Positions 1 to 13,227 of a DNA stretch of 64,000 nt are shown in pieces. Where the stretch lies: NCBI GenBank assembly GCA_965153285.1, contig OZ229113.1; one strand, given 5' to 3'. The stretch comes from Podarcis tiliguerta. Lineage: Eukaryota. How positions within the stretch are numbered: position 1 is the stretch's first letter; each line of letters begins with the position of its first letter. A model generated the notes under the pieces. It saw only the letters and a program-made list of their open reading frames with translations. It did not search any database and was not told where the DNA came from. The translations under genes and the position numbers were made by a program.

Positions 1-1409
1 TGTATGCATTGATGCCACCGAACTGGCATTTGGAGGGGAGCGCAGCTTCTGGCCCTGGGTTCAAATTTTGAATTTCTGAGAGTCCCTCATGGCCAAATGT
101 TATAAATGAATGCACAAGACCTGCTGAAATCCCAAGAGGCAGAGGGTGACAGCTACAAGACTGAATAGATCCTCAGCCCTCACAGGGACTAGTAGAATAA
201 GAACAAATTACATAAAATACCTAGTATGGTAAATTATTCAAAGCAAACAAATTTACAAACTGTAATTAATTTAAACAATTTATATAAATTGCAGGGTATA
301 AGATTTTCTTGCTGCATAATCTGAATTGCCTTAGAGCAGAATTTTTTTATTATTTTAATATTTTAGGCACAAAGTAAACATGGGGAGCACTTCAAAGAAA
401 GTTGTCCTGTGAACAAAACACTTAAGGTTTTACATGCTAGAAAACACAGCCTTTCAGGACTTTTGATTTGCGTGTGCTAGAGAGGAAGAGCGCTAAAATG
501 CTTATTGATGATGTCAGGGAAAAAGGGAAGGTAGGAGGAGAAATTGCTTTTTTTCCTGAGGCTTTGCTGTTGCAGTTTATTTTCTGAGGCCTGAGTGGAA
601 ATCTAAAACTGATTTCCCGTGTGTGCAGAGTTTAACCAGCCATCTGTTGAGGGAAGAGAATGTAGCACACAAAAACCTATTCTTTACTGCTTCTGCATTA
701 CACTACTGAATTCCCAAATACTGTAGCACCAGTTCATTTCCTGGAGGGAACCAGTAGCTCCAATGGCAATAATGTATGTGGATTCATTCCTTTAAAAAAA
801 ACACACCACAAAATCCCTTCTTCATCTGGAATCACAGGCAGCGGTGTGAATAAAATATGGACACTTCCTGGCTTTTGGGACATGTTACACCAGAAGCAGA
901 TATGCCATGACTGCGGTTGAGGAACAGAAAGTACCTCAGTACCTTCTCTTATTTTATCCACTCCTGTGTGGAGACAATTAACCATTTTATTAATTTTGAT
1001 CCTCACAGTTTGACCATTGGGGTCAGATAATTCATGATTTGGTTTGCTTGCTTGTTTTAAATAATCTAGTCCAAATTCTAATTTGTCCCTGGAAAGAAAT
1101 GAGCACTTCTATTTTATTCTTAGTTTTAAAAAGCTTATAGTCTACCTTTCCGTCCTTAGGGTGCACAAGTGGTTTGCATTTTTAAAAACGCATTTTGGGT
1201 TTGTCAAATCTCACATGCGTCTGCTGAGATACACCATTTAGGGTCTTGAGCTTTCTGGATGGGAGCAGCTGCTCCCTCCCCCACAAAGCGTGTTCTGTTT
1301 CATGGAGAGCACGTGTTGCGGTGGGGGTGAACAAGACACCCCACTGTTGCTGGGCGGGAAAAGAATGATGGCCACCATTACAAATGGGTTCTACCTGTTG
1401 CTGGGGAGA

Positions 1410-2080
1410 TTTATATGTTGCCATTTTGTGATTGACAGCCATAGCCTATATATGCACTGCACGCAGCGTTGAGCTTCCTCTTTTCGGATCACCCGCCCTC
1501 CCTCCCTATGTTCAGGGTTGTTCGCTTGATCTTGCTATGCCTGTCATGGGGTCATCTGCTTTTGGGGCAGGGGCCTGGTAGGAATTTTGTCCATTTGGCT
1601 AATTGGCTGGGACATTTGGTTTTTGCCTACTGCAAATCGTCACAACTTGTAAGGTTGTGGTTAGGCATTGGTTTATGAATTGGTTGGTGGAGGGGCATGG
1701 ACTGGCTGTGCCCGCCCCTCCAATGCTGCTGCTGCAAGGGTATTCCATTAAAGGAATCCAGGGGCTCGCCATGCTTTTGTTCGAACCCCTGTCAAGGGGA
1801 TAGGGCCACGCAAGAGCCCCTGGGAGCATTTGGGTTGAGGTGAGGGCATGGTACCCAGTCCCGTCTCTCTCCCCAAAATGTTTTCCCTTTCTGACTTCGC
1901 GGGTGTGCAAATGTCAGTCTGTCCCCATGCAGGGGCAGATAGTCACAACCAATCACATTGCTTGTATTTTAATAAAGTTGTGGCCAAAAATATGCCAAAA
2001 TCCTTAAACAAAAATTATGTGTCAATTGTGTTTTATTTGGGGGTGGCTTGGGGACCTCGACTTGCAATATAAGCCTCACG
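1410..2080 (+). mobile_element. Putative Ngaro/DIRS-like or LTR-type terminal-repeat remnant, copy A
   Basis: Contains CCTATATA (1445), a C-rich CACCCGCCCTCCTCCC, GGTAGGAAT...ATTGGC...GGTTTTTGCCT (1577-1630), GTCACAACTT and AATAAAGTTGTGGCCAA (1971-1987). The same motifs occur in the same order at 60990-61600. Boundaries are approximate. Confidence 0.5.
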
Positions 2081-2357
2081 TTTGATACATACATACCAAG
2101 ATTTCCTGATCACTAGAGTTCTCTTCACATGAGATATGATAGGACCACTCAGGGTCAGTCCACACACGAGGCAAGGTGAGACACTGAATCGCTGGCTTCT
2201 GGTGCCGGTGGCACAGAGGCAGCGACAACTGCAGCTCATTCCGTGGAGGCCAGATCTGCCCCATCCTTGGTAACACCCCTCCCTGGCCATGCCACACAGC
2301 ACTCCAGGGATTGGTGGTCCTGTTCACATGGAAAACCTTTTTGCATTCAGCTGTGCA

Positions 2358-2763
2358 CAGAAGTGTTCCAACACAGGAAGATTGGCAATTAAAACTGATG
2401 GGTTATGCAGAAATGGCGAAACTCATCGGAAGAAAAAGAAATCAAGAAGACAGACCTTTTAAAACAGAATGGGGAGAAATTATTGACTATTTGAAGACAC
2501 ATTGTAAAACAATCAAAACATTAGTGTGACTGATAGAAACACATGCAGCAAGAGACAATTAAGGGGAAGCTAAGTAAAAATTGGTAAATATATTTGAATT
2601 GGAGTAAGAAAATATAAAATAAATAACCACAGAAAGGAGGGGAGGGAAGCTGAGGAGAAGATAAATTAGATTTGTAAAGATTCAGGATTGTTGTTTCTTT
2701 TTTTGCTTTTGTTAAAATATTTGTAAAAGGTGAAAATGAAAAATACAATATTTTTTTAAAAAA
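2358..2763 (+). mobile_element. L1-clade LINE 3' fragment (ORF2 C-terminus, 3'UTR, A-rich end)
   Basis: Peptide VPTQEDWQLKLMGYAEMAKL...FKTEWGEIIDYLKTHCK resembles squamate L1 ORF2 C-termini. It is followed by a purine-rich UTR with GGAGGGGAGGG and an A-rich end. Confidence 0.75.
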
Positions 2764-5756
2764 TAGAAAGAGAGGAAGGATTAGACACAACCAAGTAATG
2801 TGACCCTCTGCAATTTAAAAACAACTTTGAGGTTAGCAGCCAAGGCACAGATTATTTATAGAGGACGTCCCCAGGATATACTAAGTCATAGGCCTAGTGA
2901 AACCTGCCCACCCAAGTGTCCCTGTGTATGTGATGGCCTGGAAGAAGAAGCATTTGCTGAGATTTGAGATGAATAAATGCGGGGGTCCCCTTTTCCCTCC
3001 TGTCAAGCTCCTCTAGGAAGTGACAGCGCACTAGTCAAATGGTAATTCTTCCACAGCAGTCATCCTTGAGAACACTCAGTATGCAGGCTTTTCCAGAGAA
3101 GTCAGACCACATCTGGGATGGAATGTTAGGCTGTGGGAGTTGGAATTATTTTCCCGTTTCCAACACATGAAAAAGAATTGAAATCTATACATTTATGCGC
3201 CCCCCCCCACAAGCAATGATCATTTTTGGAAGCATTCTGCACCAAACCAGCCCCTCATTGTTGGTTTTTTAAAAATGTGGGACAGATAGTAAAAAAATGT
3301 ATGGTAACTGCAAGAAGGAATTGCTCTGCTTGCTTTGTTTCAGTGCAGATGGTGTATGAAGATGCATCTTTTCTGTAGCTTAATAAAAAGACAAGTTTAG
3401 CTTTATGACAGGCTCTTTTCCCCCTTAAAGACAGCATTGTGAGCAATATCTGTGCTGTGGGAAAATGTTGAAGACTGTGTTATCATTCTACTGTTTTATA
3501 CCCTTATCTGCATTTAACTCTTTCTCTCTTTTAGCTGCCGAATTGTATGAATATCCTGTGCTTTTCTTTTCCTTTTTTTATCCAGTGCTTTTCAGGGCAT
3601 GGGGTGATTGTGTACAACCCTAGATTAAACTTAATTGGGGGGGGGGGAGAAATGCAGTCAACTGAATCAGCCAATTCAATTAACCACCTAGCCTTAATAA
3701 AGGATAAAGTGCCAGGAATTCTAAAACACTGTATTACCTCCTTAAAGGATCACTGTCAATCTTGTGAAGGTTTCAAGCAAAACTGATTGCTGGAGAAGAT
3801 TGAAGCTGTTTTGTGCTAGAAATCAGTTACAACCGCAGGGAGTTGACTTTATTATTTTGGAACTTGAACAGGCATTAAAATTAGCATTTCCCCCCTTTTA
3901 TGAAATCTATAAGTGTCATAATAAATGATTTAGCCGGTGATGTGTGGCAAAGCCTTGAAATTATGTTTCCCTTAGATTGGGATCACATACAAGGAAGCAA
4001 GAATAGTGGATGCTTCTCTTCAGGCTGTTTGCATTCATTGAATATCACTCAAGGGCACAGCAATGGGACTGGACTTGCTTCTACCTCTTGAAGAGTTATA
4101 TAAGCAATCTGGAACAAAGCAGGACGGCATGCCATTAGTGAATACAAATATATTGTCCCCTGTTGAACCTACTACTTTGGATGCAAGTGAGAAATTGGAG
4201 AAAGGATGAGGAAAGCAGGGACAGATTGAGAAAATGGTTCTCACTAAGAAGGAGTTTAATTTTTGTGAGATTCTGTTTTCATTTTTTTGTGGGGAGGGTG
4301 CTAACTCCTCTACAGGACAACACTTAGACTAAGGTGGAGAAAGATGACAGCCAGGATCACACCCTGCAGGAAAGCAGGCAAGTGGGGGCTGGCTTATGAT
4401 TGAGGTGGGTGGGCAACACCCCTTTCCCTAAAGGATCAGCTTCCATAGCTTGGGGCAATATTTCTTCTTGCTCTAGGTAAAATATGGATCTCACTTCGGA
4501 CCTGAATGCAAGCACTTGTCAGATCCTTTCAAGGGGATAGTGACTTTGCAGAATGAGAGGAATTTATTTTATTTTAACTGAAAGCATATTAATGAAGCTA
4601 ACCATGGTGAGTTTTCATTTGGAAGCCAATGCAATCCAGAAATGACATGCCAAGGCTTGGGGGGGGGGCAGTAGTGTGGCGAGAAAGAACAGTGCCTCTG
4701 GAGTTCACAAGCTGAAAGCGGGGAAATTGGACTTTTCTTTAAATGGGTGAAAAAGCAAGAGATAAGGTAGCCAAAGGGTTTCTCCTCTGCTCCTGCTTTG
4801 GTCTTCCTTGTTATCCTTTACTTTCCATGTCCTCTGCTGCAACAATAAGGGCTTGAGCTTGATGTGCTCATCATCATTATTAAGATACTGTATTAAGAAT
4901 CCCTATTGTAGGCACTTCCCATATCCCCAGCTAGGAGTACAAGGCAAGCGAGATGTATACATTTTATGGAAGTTTAGAAAGGTTACCACTAGAGCTATAT
5001 CCCAGTTCAGCAGTGAATATGAAGCTGCCAGTGTTGTTTGGGAGAGTAGTTGAACAGATCAGTTACTTGATGGGAATGGGGGAGTTGTGTGTGTGTGTCA
5101 GGGAAAAACTAGATCCAAGACATTTTTTTAAAAGGAGCCCATGTGCCTGGCTCCAGCTGCTGGAAGAAGCTGTGAATTGTATGTACAGTGTAGCATCAAT
5201 TAGTGCACATGTTTACTGACCTGCTAGGGATACCCATATCAAAGCCTGCTTCAGAACATGGATTTGTACGTTTGTTTGCACAAATTGATTACAGTGTGAT
5301 GTACCATTAAGACTAGCAGATCGTACCTTTAGTATTTTTGTAACACATTGACTGCTCACTTTAAAGCACATGGGAGTAATACATTGTGTTGCAGGTAGAT
5401 TTTAACTTGCTCCGTGTTGCACAGCATGTCATTATGAGTAAGAACCCTACTTTATAATGGTATTAATAGTGACATCTGTGTTGCATCTACTAACTAGGTT
5501 TAATAAATCAAAAATTCAGGTAATCAGCAGCAATTTTGCCAATGATTGTGACTCTCAAATGCCTACATTTCTGGGATGAATATTAATGATAATTTTAAAT
5601 TGTACTGGCATGTCTGTTACTTCAGCCTAAGCTTTGTCAGCATACAGTTATCAAATCCTGTATATGGTGCAGATTGAGGGCACATTTCCTGGTTCAGGTG
5701 AGGTCAGATATACCAATGTTATTTAAATTCATTGAAGACTGAACACTTTCCTAATA

Positions 5757-6015
5757 CAGCAAGACCTCCGCAAATGTCCGCCTTGTCTAGTGTCCATTCC
5801 GGCGAACGTCTGCAGCAAACCTGGAAGTACCAGAACGGGTTACTTCCGGTTTTGCCGCTCACACATTCGCAGAAGCGCTAAATCGTGCTTCGCGCATGCA
5901 CAGAGGTGCAAACTGCTCTGTGCATGTGCGCAGACACTGCGCTTTGCCCTGTGTCCTTTTCGGCTAGTGGCCGGGGCTCCAGAATGCATCCCAGCCGCAA
6001 AACGAGGTACGACAG
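5757..6015. mobile_element. Tc1/mariner (Tigger-like) MITE
   Basis: TA on both flanks, degenerate TIRs (CAGCAAGACCTC / GAGGTACGACAG), and an interior homologous to 52354-52592 (GAAGTACCA...GGTTACTTC...GCAGAAGC). Confidence 0.8.
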
Positions 6016-7348
6016 TATTAGAGATTAGTTTGGTAGATTGTTAATATAGCCCAGAGGTAAACTTGATTCCATTGCAATACGGGGGGGCTCTCCAGTGAGT
6101 GCAGCATAAGTGGTGGGTCCCACCGTGCCATTCCATGGGCGCACTTATAGGCAGCATGAAGATACATTGGTAGGACAGGCTGCCAGGCACCCATTCTATC
6201 TTATTCCAGTGTAGTGCTGCCACCATCCATATTAACAAGCACACAGGCAATTCAGACTTACAGAGGTTTACATTTAAGGAGAAGGACAGGCCTTATTACA
6301 GGACTTTGTTTCAAAATTGTGGAACTTTGTTACTGTAACAATGTAGCAAAAACTGAATGATAAAAACAGTCTAGGCTGTGCAAAGTTGGAGGAGTCTCCC
6401 TCCGTTCAGGGTAATCTGAAGTATATTTCTTGAAAAAGTGGAGTAGTTCTTCATATTCACATCACACATACACACATTAACGGCTATTCTGACCTTGTTA
6501 ATAAATTCTAATTGTGATTTTCTTGTTGCTATAAGTGTTTCCATTATGTTGCTGCACTGAATGGGCTTTGTCTGGTGGCTGATTTTAATGCTGCGATTGC
6601 CCATCAGTTGTGCAGTTGGTGGTTTCATTAAAATGACAATTAACTTTTTTAATCAACACAATTATGAATTAATTAATTCCCAACCACTCTCTCTAAAACA
6701 ACATAAAACAGAAATGGAGCTTCCATTTGCATGCAAAAATGGAGAGAGCGAAGCTGCCTAGTGCTGTTTTCTGCCAGTTGCCGGTGATAAAATATATGTG
6801 CATATGAAATATATAACCATTTTAATAAAAACAAATAATGTTATGCCTTCATTTTACATATAGGTGCTTCTCTTATATCGGTATAATATATTATAATAGC
6901 ACTGAATTATTTTCTCATAAGTAACTTTGTCAGATCAAAACACTCATTGTGCTTTAAGAACTTTATGATGCAAATAAATTGGTAGGTGCGTATTTTAGGA
7001 TTGGACCCACCACTGTAAATCAATAGAGTTCTACATATGCAGCTGAGGAGCTCCTGAGCAACTGATAATCTCGTAATGCTTGGTTGATGATGTTAATATA
7101 CCAATCGTAAATGGATATGAAAGAAACCCTACATTAGTTATTTATCTGTATCCTGACCTTCCTGTAATCAAAGCAGCTAACTAACAAATTATGCTAAAAT
7201 AAAGAACGACATGTAAAAACAAGCATAATTAACACCCCTTCCAATCAAATAAACACTCAAATGCAGCGTAGATTTAGCTACAGAAGAGACCTCGGTGTTC
7301 AAAACCTTGATGTAATAAAAATGGCTTCTAGCTTTTTCTAGTTACAAC

Positions 7349-7606
7349 AAGAAGAAGAAGAAGAAGAAGAGTTTGGATTTGATATCCCGCCTTTCACTTC
7401 CCTTCGGGAGTCTCAAAGCGGCTAACATTCTCCTTTCCCTTCCTCCCCCACAACAAACACTCTGTGAGGTGAGTGGGGCTGAGAGACTTCAGAGAAGTGT
7501 GACTGGCCCAAGGTCACCCAGCAGCTGCAGGTGGAGGAGCGGAGACGCGAACCCGGTTCCCCAGATTAAGAGACTACCGCTCTTAACCACTACACCACAC
7601 TGGCTC
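7349..7606 (-). mobile_element. Squam3-like tRNA/CORE SINE
   Basis: On the minus strand: head GAGCCAGTGTGGTGTAGTGGTTAAGAGC, B box GGTTCGCGTC, CORE-like GGGTGACCTTGGGCCAGTCAC and a (CTT)n tail. Confidence 0.85.
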
Positions 7607-8132
7607 TTGTAAACACGCAATTGTTTACAATTTTGAATGTTCCCCTTGAACAAGAAACCTCACTAGATAGCATAGTGGTGAGAAAACTGAGCTGAGCTCT
7701 TCTCCTAAGTCATGTTAGCTTTCTAAATGCAAGCAGTTTTACTCACGGAGAACTTTCTAATCTCTCCACCTGGAGGCTAAAGTGATGTAGGCCAGAGAGC
7801 ACTTGATACCATCAAACACATAAATGGATGCTTTCCTTTAAATAGCAGATCTAAAACAGCTCAGCAGCTGCTTTCCTTAGGGTAAAAAGCAGCTTCAGAG
7901 GGGAGTGATCTGGAGCCATCATGGGCCTTGTTCTAAACAGCTATGTGAAAGAGGCTAGGGAATATTTAAAACTGGAATTTTAAGATCTATAAGCAGCTCT
8001 TTTAAATTAGGCCATGCCCTTTTCTACCAGGATGTATAGGCATACCTTACTGGTATGGATCAATCAAATGTCCCAAAGAAGAACAGATATCACCTGTTGC
8101 TCATGCATGCAATGCTGATCAATACAACTACT

Positions 8133-8851
8133 AGGAGAGCGCAGAATATGGTCTGAAGCTCAACATCAAAAAAACTAAGATCATAGCCACTGGTCCCATC
8201 ACCTCCTGGCAAATAGAAGGGGAAGAAATGGAGGCAGTGAGAGATTTTACTTTCTTGGGCTCCATGATCACTGCAGATGGTGACAGCAGTCACGAAATTA
8301 AAAGCTGCCTGCTTCTTGGGAGAAAAGCAATGACAAACCTAGACAGCATCTTAAAAAGCAGAGACATCACCTTGCCAACAAAGGTCTGTATAGTTGAAGC
8401 CATGGTTTTCCCAGTAGTGATATATGGAAGTGAGAGCTGGACCATAAAAAGGCTGATCACCAAAGAATTGATGCTTTTGAATTATGGTGCTGGAGGAGAC
8501 TCTTGAGAGTCCCATGGACCTCAAGAATATCAAACCAATCCATTCTGAAGGAAATCAGTCCTGAGTGCTCACTGGAAGGACAGATCCTGAAGCTGTGGCT
8601 CCAATACTTTGGCCACCTCATGAGAAGAGAAGACTCCCTGGAAGAGACCCTGATGCTGAGAAAGATGGAGGGCACAAGGAGAAGGGGATGACAGAGGACG
8701 AGATGGTTGGACAGTGTTCTTGAAGCTACGAACATGAGTTTGACCAAGCTGCGGGAGGCAGTGGAAGATAGGAGTGCCTGGCATGCTCTGGTCCATGGGT
8801 TCACGAAGAGTCAGACACGACTAAACGACTAAACAACAACAACAACAACAA
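8133..8851 (+). mobile_element. BovB (RTE) LINE, 5'-truncated 3' fragment
   Basis: Peptides MEAVRDFTFLGSMITADGDSSHEIK...SRDITLPTKV and RVPWT...SILKEISPECSLEG...YFGHLMRREDSLE, with frameshifts; tail GACACGACTAAACGACTAAA(CAA)n. Confidence 0.95.
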
Positions 8852-10929
8852 ATAGTGTAGTGATTCAAGCAATTATCTCTGAGCCAGGAAACCTCCAATT
8901 CAAATCTTGTCTAAGGTGGCTTTAGACAAGACTCCCCCTTTCCATCTAGTGCCAACTCGACATTTTGCTTCCTGAAGTGGAGCCAAAAGGCTCATTCTCC
9001 TCACTCCCTCTGCTGCTGAGGCCAAGATGTTTTAAACCCTTACTTCATCCTCCAGATTGCCAGTTCTTGCTTTTGTGGCGTCACCTGCTTCACCCTGAGG
9101 TATGTTTCAGACCCCACCCACTCCATCACACACCCACTCCATCACACACAGTATCTGGGTGAGTACAATAGTCACCTGTATATGAATTACAGAGCTCATG
9201 GTTTGAATGTTCTGAAGCATCAAGCTTTGTTAGCTGCCATTGTCCTGTGTTCATGGCGGCAGCCCTGCTGGACTCCCCTCCTCTCAGCCTCCTTTCAAGG
9301 AAGGGGATTCTTCTTCAGAGTGAGGCTGTTTGTGTGAGGTAGTCTCAAGAGTGTCTGCACCACTGGGGCTATGGGTTCTGTTTTAAAACTAGGACTGCCT
9401 TCGTCTGAACAAGGTAAAAGGGAGGGGAAAGGCAAAAAAATCCAGATAGAACCTCACCGGGTAGTGAGTGATGGTGAGGCAAGGAAGTGGGGGCCTGAGT
9501 GCTGTAATATCTCTCTCTCCCTCTCCCACCCTTAAGCTTCCTAAGGCAATTGCCACAATTTGCTTTCCTCTTTTTAAATAAATAAATAAATAAATTAAAA
9601 CCTTCTTTTTGTTGAATGTGAATTTTATTTGTCTTCTCCTTGGAGGCCTGTTGTTTGGTAGACAGTTAGATTATAGATATTAACTCATTGATTGACTACA
9701 CATCTTTTTTGCTTACAACAAAAGCCATTCAGCTGTGTCTCAAGGTGGATGACTGAAAACTACCAGTTGCTACATATGTATTTCTTTTATCGGCAGAGTA
9801 ACTCTGCATGTATGATGAATTAGTTACTTGGTACATAACACTGCACTACTTAAATCGTCTAACTAAATGACTCCATTAGGAAGGGAGCATGGCTCTAAAA
9901 GCATTCTCTTTCCAATTAATGCTTTGCACAAATTTAACTGCCTGTCCACCAAAGACTCTTGCTTCATATGATTTCTCAGCAGAAGGCTGACATCTTATTC
10001 CCCAACGTATGAAAATCTGATGTTGATTTCTATTAAAGCCTGCTGGATGGACAGAATAATATTTGAAACAAGGCTGAACTAAATGTAATTGGACTCATTT
10101 AAAGCTTTATTACAACGAAATCTGACTTCCTCCTTTTAAATTCAGTCACAGTCTCCTCTCAGAAACCATTACCTTTTGCCACCGGCTGCAAATTTAAATT
10201 CTCCTTTAGGTAAGCATAATGAGAGGAGAACGTTCTGACGTGGCCAGAGATCATATCAGATGGAGCCTGATTAATTATTTCCACAAGATCAATCAACACC
10301 TTATTTAGATAACCAGAGGCATTCACTAGTTAATTTGTTAGAAAAGACCCTATTGAGGGCAAGCATTTATCTGGCCAGTCAATAGACAGATTAGTACTAG
10401 AAAGTCAAATGCCAGTTTGAAAACTGCTTGTGAAGGGGGAAAGCGGTGGGCAGGTACGAAAGGCCTGCTGCAAACAGAGAACTATAAAATGTCAAGCAGG
10501 CATTTTTTCCAGTTTTGCCTTGTGTCAGAAAAGACAGTGTCTGCTCTCTTGTTTTGATTACAATAGCTGCTGGAGGCAAGAGCCTATTTTGGTGTCTCTT
10601 GCACAAAGTTGCTTTGAAAAATATCCATGATCTGGAGAAGGCAGGGACAGGCATGAACCACAGCTGGAGCAGCAACCGTACACAGAGGATTTCTGTTACG
10701 TAGAGCTCTGTCTTCCTCCCCACCCGCCACAGGCATTTTTGCACTGCACACTGGCAGGGCAACAGGGTCTTCAAGGCAGTGGGAGGACTGTGTGAGCTCT
10801 TTTGAACCCTGTGGGAATCCTCTGAAGGGAGGCATGGCAGCAACTGGATTACGTATGTCCACCACAATCCAGTTAAAAAGACTACTGCAATGAATTGTAA
10901 ATGGTTCTACCTTGGAGGGTGGTCTAGAA

Positions 10930-11054
10930 CAGGCTTCCTCAACCTCAGCCCTCCAGATGCTTTGAGACTACAATTCCCATCATCGCTGACCACTGGTCCT
11001 GCTAGCTAGGGATCATGGGAGTTGTAGGCCAAAAACATAAAATGGGAAAGCCTG
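10930..11054. mobile_element. hAT-Charlie-like MITE
   Basis: 8-bp TSD GTCTAGAA (10922-10929 and 11055-11062), termini CAGGCTT / AAGCCTG, palindromic interior CTACAATTCCCATCATC / GATCATGGGAGTTGTAG. Confidence 0.9.
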
Positions 11055-11642
11055 GTCTAGAAACTACAGGAAAGGCAAAGGGCAGTGGCTAGTTGGTTAC
11101 TTGGGACAAGAAGGGATGGACCTAAGACCAGTTCTGGCCTGACTGCACTGGCTTGTAATTTGTTGCTGGGTTTGGCATTTAAAGCCTTATATGCCTTGTA
11201 CACTTAAAGGCCGCCTTTCCCTACATGGATTTTGTTGGACCCTGAGATCAGCATTTGTTTTCCTGGCCATTTGGGATTCCCATCTGTGGTCCTCCTCTGT
11301 GTGCCACCTCTGATGTTCATCCAGAGAACAAATCTTTTCTCCCTTTCTGTTCAGTGCTCTCCCTGGGAATGTTCTTGTTTCAGTATCAGGAAAATACAAT
11401 TTTGTTTTCCCAGACTTCTGGCAAGCACCAACTATTGGAATTTTATTATGGGATTTTCACTCTCATTGTAAAGCACTTGGGCACTGTTTGTAGAGGGAAG
11501 CAAACTGGGGAGGAACCTTCCAGTTTTTCTGTAAGTAACATTATAAGTCTACTTACTCATACGTTAGTCCCATTCAGTCAGTTTGCAATACTTCTTAGTA
11601 AGCAATAATTGGTAAAATGAGTAAAAAAATATTAGGACTGGA

Positions 11643-12003
11643 GTGACGCGGGTGGCGCTGTGGGTTAAAGCCTCAGTGCCTAGGGCTTGCCGATCGAAAG
11701 GTCGGCGGTTCGAATCCCCGCGGCGGGGTGCGCTCCCGCTGTTCGGTCCCAGCGCCTGCCAACCTAGCAGTTCGAAAGCACTCTCGGGTGCAAGTAGATA
11801 AATAGGGACCGCTTACTAGCGGGAAGGTAAACGGCGTTTCCGTGTGCGGCTCTGGCTCGCCAGAGCAGCGATGTCACGCTGGCCACGTGACCCGGAAGTG
11901 TCTCCGGACAGTGCTGGCCCTTGGCCTCTTTGAGTGAGATGGGCGCACAACCCTAGAGTCTGTCAAGACTGGCCCGTACGGGCAGGGGTACCTTTTTACC
12001 TTT
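11643..12003 (+). mobile_element. Sauria SINE (Squam1/POM-type), full length and probably young
   Basis: A box GGTGGCGCTGTGGG, B box GGTTCGAATCC, body CCTGCCAACCTAGCAGTTCGAAAGCA, tail GGGGTACCTTTTTACCTTT; CpG-rich. Confidence 0.93.
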
Positions 12004-13117
12004 ATATGCAATACAAATCTGATGAGCTTTTGTCAGTAGTATGCTCGCTTCCACCTCAATCTTACCAAGTAAGGAAGCAATGTGGACCATCACACAACAT
12101 GTTGTTAAATGCCCCCTCACTGAGGCTCACAAAAAACACTGCTGTGTCCCTATCTGTATTACACAACAGCTTCAAGATGTGTCCATATGTTGTACCCCTG
12201 ACAACTAAGACAAGAACCACTTTCGGATTGTCCACTTATCTTTCCCCCATCATAGTAACTTGCGTGTTTAGCAATGTTCTATGCTTTTCCATTTCCTGAT
12301 GCTCTCCTGAAAATTTCCAGTATTTTTCACACATCCAAGTGCTTCATCATATGATGGTCTATCAGGAATGATTCAGATACCCATTCTTGTTTTCACTGTT
12401 AACCTGAGCACCTTTTGATACATACCAAAGTGCTAATGCATGCTCTTTACAATGGGATATAGCCAAGTGGCAAGGTTTTGATATAATTCTCTCCTTCTCC
12501 ATCCTTTACTTAACATGTAGTTTGTCCTTGGAATGGGCACCATCTTTTTAACCGAGGATTCAATTATACCCATTTAGTGACAATTTAAGAACTCTTGTAT
12601 AATTTACTGCAGTTTTAAAGTGGAATCTGCACAAGGGTTCTAAAGTTTGAAAATACTGATGGAGAGATACTTGGAGGAAGGCTTGTATAGTGTAAATTTA
12701 TTCTCAAGGAGAAGTGAGAGGAATAAGAGCTCTCAGCATAATTAAAATCAAATGAACAGACCCACCCTGGAATCCCTATAGATTTATCATTTCTGACTGC
12801 TGGGTCTTGATATGACTACAGCAGGAGAAGTGGCGGTGTGTGTGTGTGTGGAGAGAGAGAGAGAAAGTGCCACATATGCTCTATCATGATTAGCTGCACA
12901 TGCCTTTTGGGTTTTAACATAGCCATCTTCTGCAAGGGTAGGAAATGTGTTCTGTTGTGGGCTGCATCACCTTGGCAGATAAGCCTTTGAGAGTTGCCTG
13001 CCAGTGATGGACAGGTCGAGAACAAAGAATTGTCATAATATTTCATCTCTCTCTTTCTGCCAACCCTTTTCTCTTGCTCAGACACCTCCCGCCTCTTTCT
13101 CCCCCTACCCATCAGTC

Positions 13118-13227
13118 TGTCAGGGGAGAGACTCCTGCCTGAAACCTTGGAGGGCCATTGCCAGTCAGTGTGGAGAATACTGAGCCAAATTGACCAATGG
13201 TCGGACTCAATATAAGGCAGCTTCCGG
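13118..13227 (+). mobile_element. Old squamate SINE 3' portion (CR1-type tail)
   Basis: CCTGCCTGAAACCTTGGAGGGCCATTGCCAGTCAGTGTGGAGAATACTGAGC...GACCAATGGTCGGACTCAATATAAGGCAGCTTCC resembles a common lizard SINE body (recognition only). Confidence 0.6.

Noticed and set aside
8228-8691. RT-like ORFs as host genes (also 30628-31029, 42432-42876, 56626-56838)
   Set aside because: Frameshifted, 5'-truncated BovB, RTE and L2 remnants.
10397-10867. 156-aa ORF (also 13504-13983 and 19668-20108)
   Set aside because: No recognisable domain or exon structure; the last spans three TEs. Consistent with chance ORFs.
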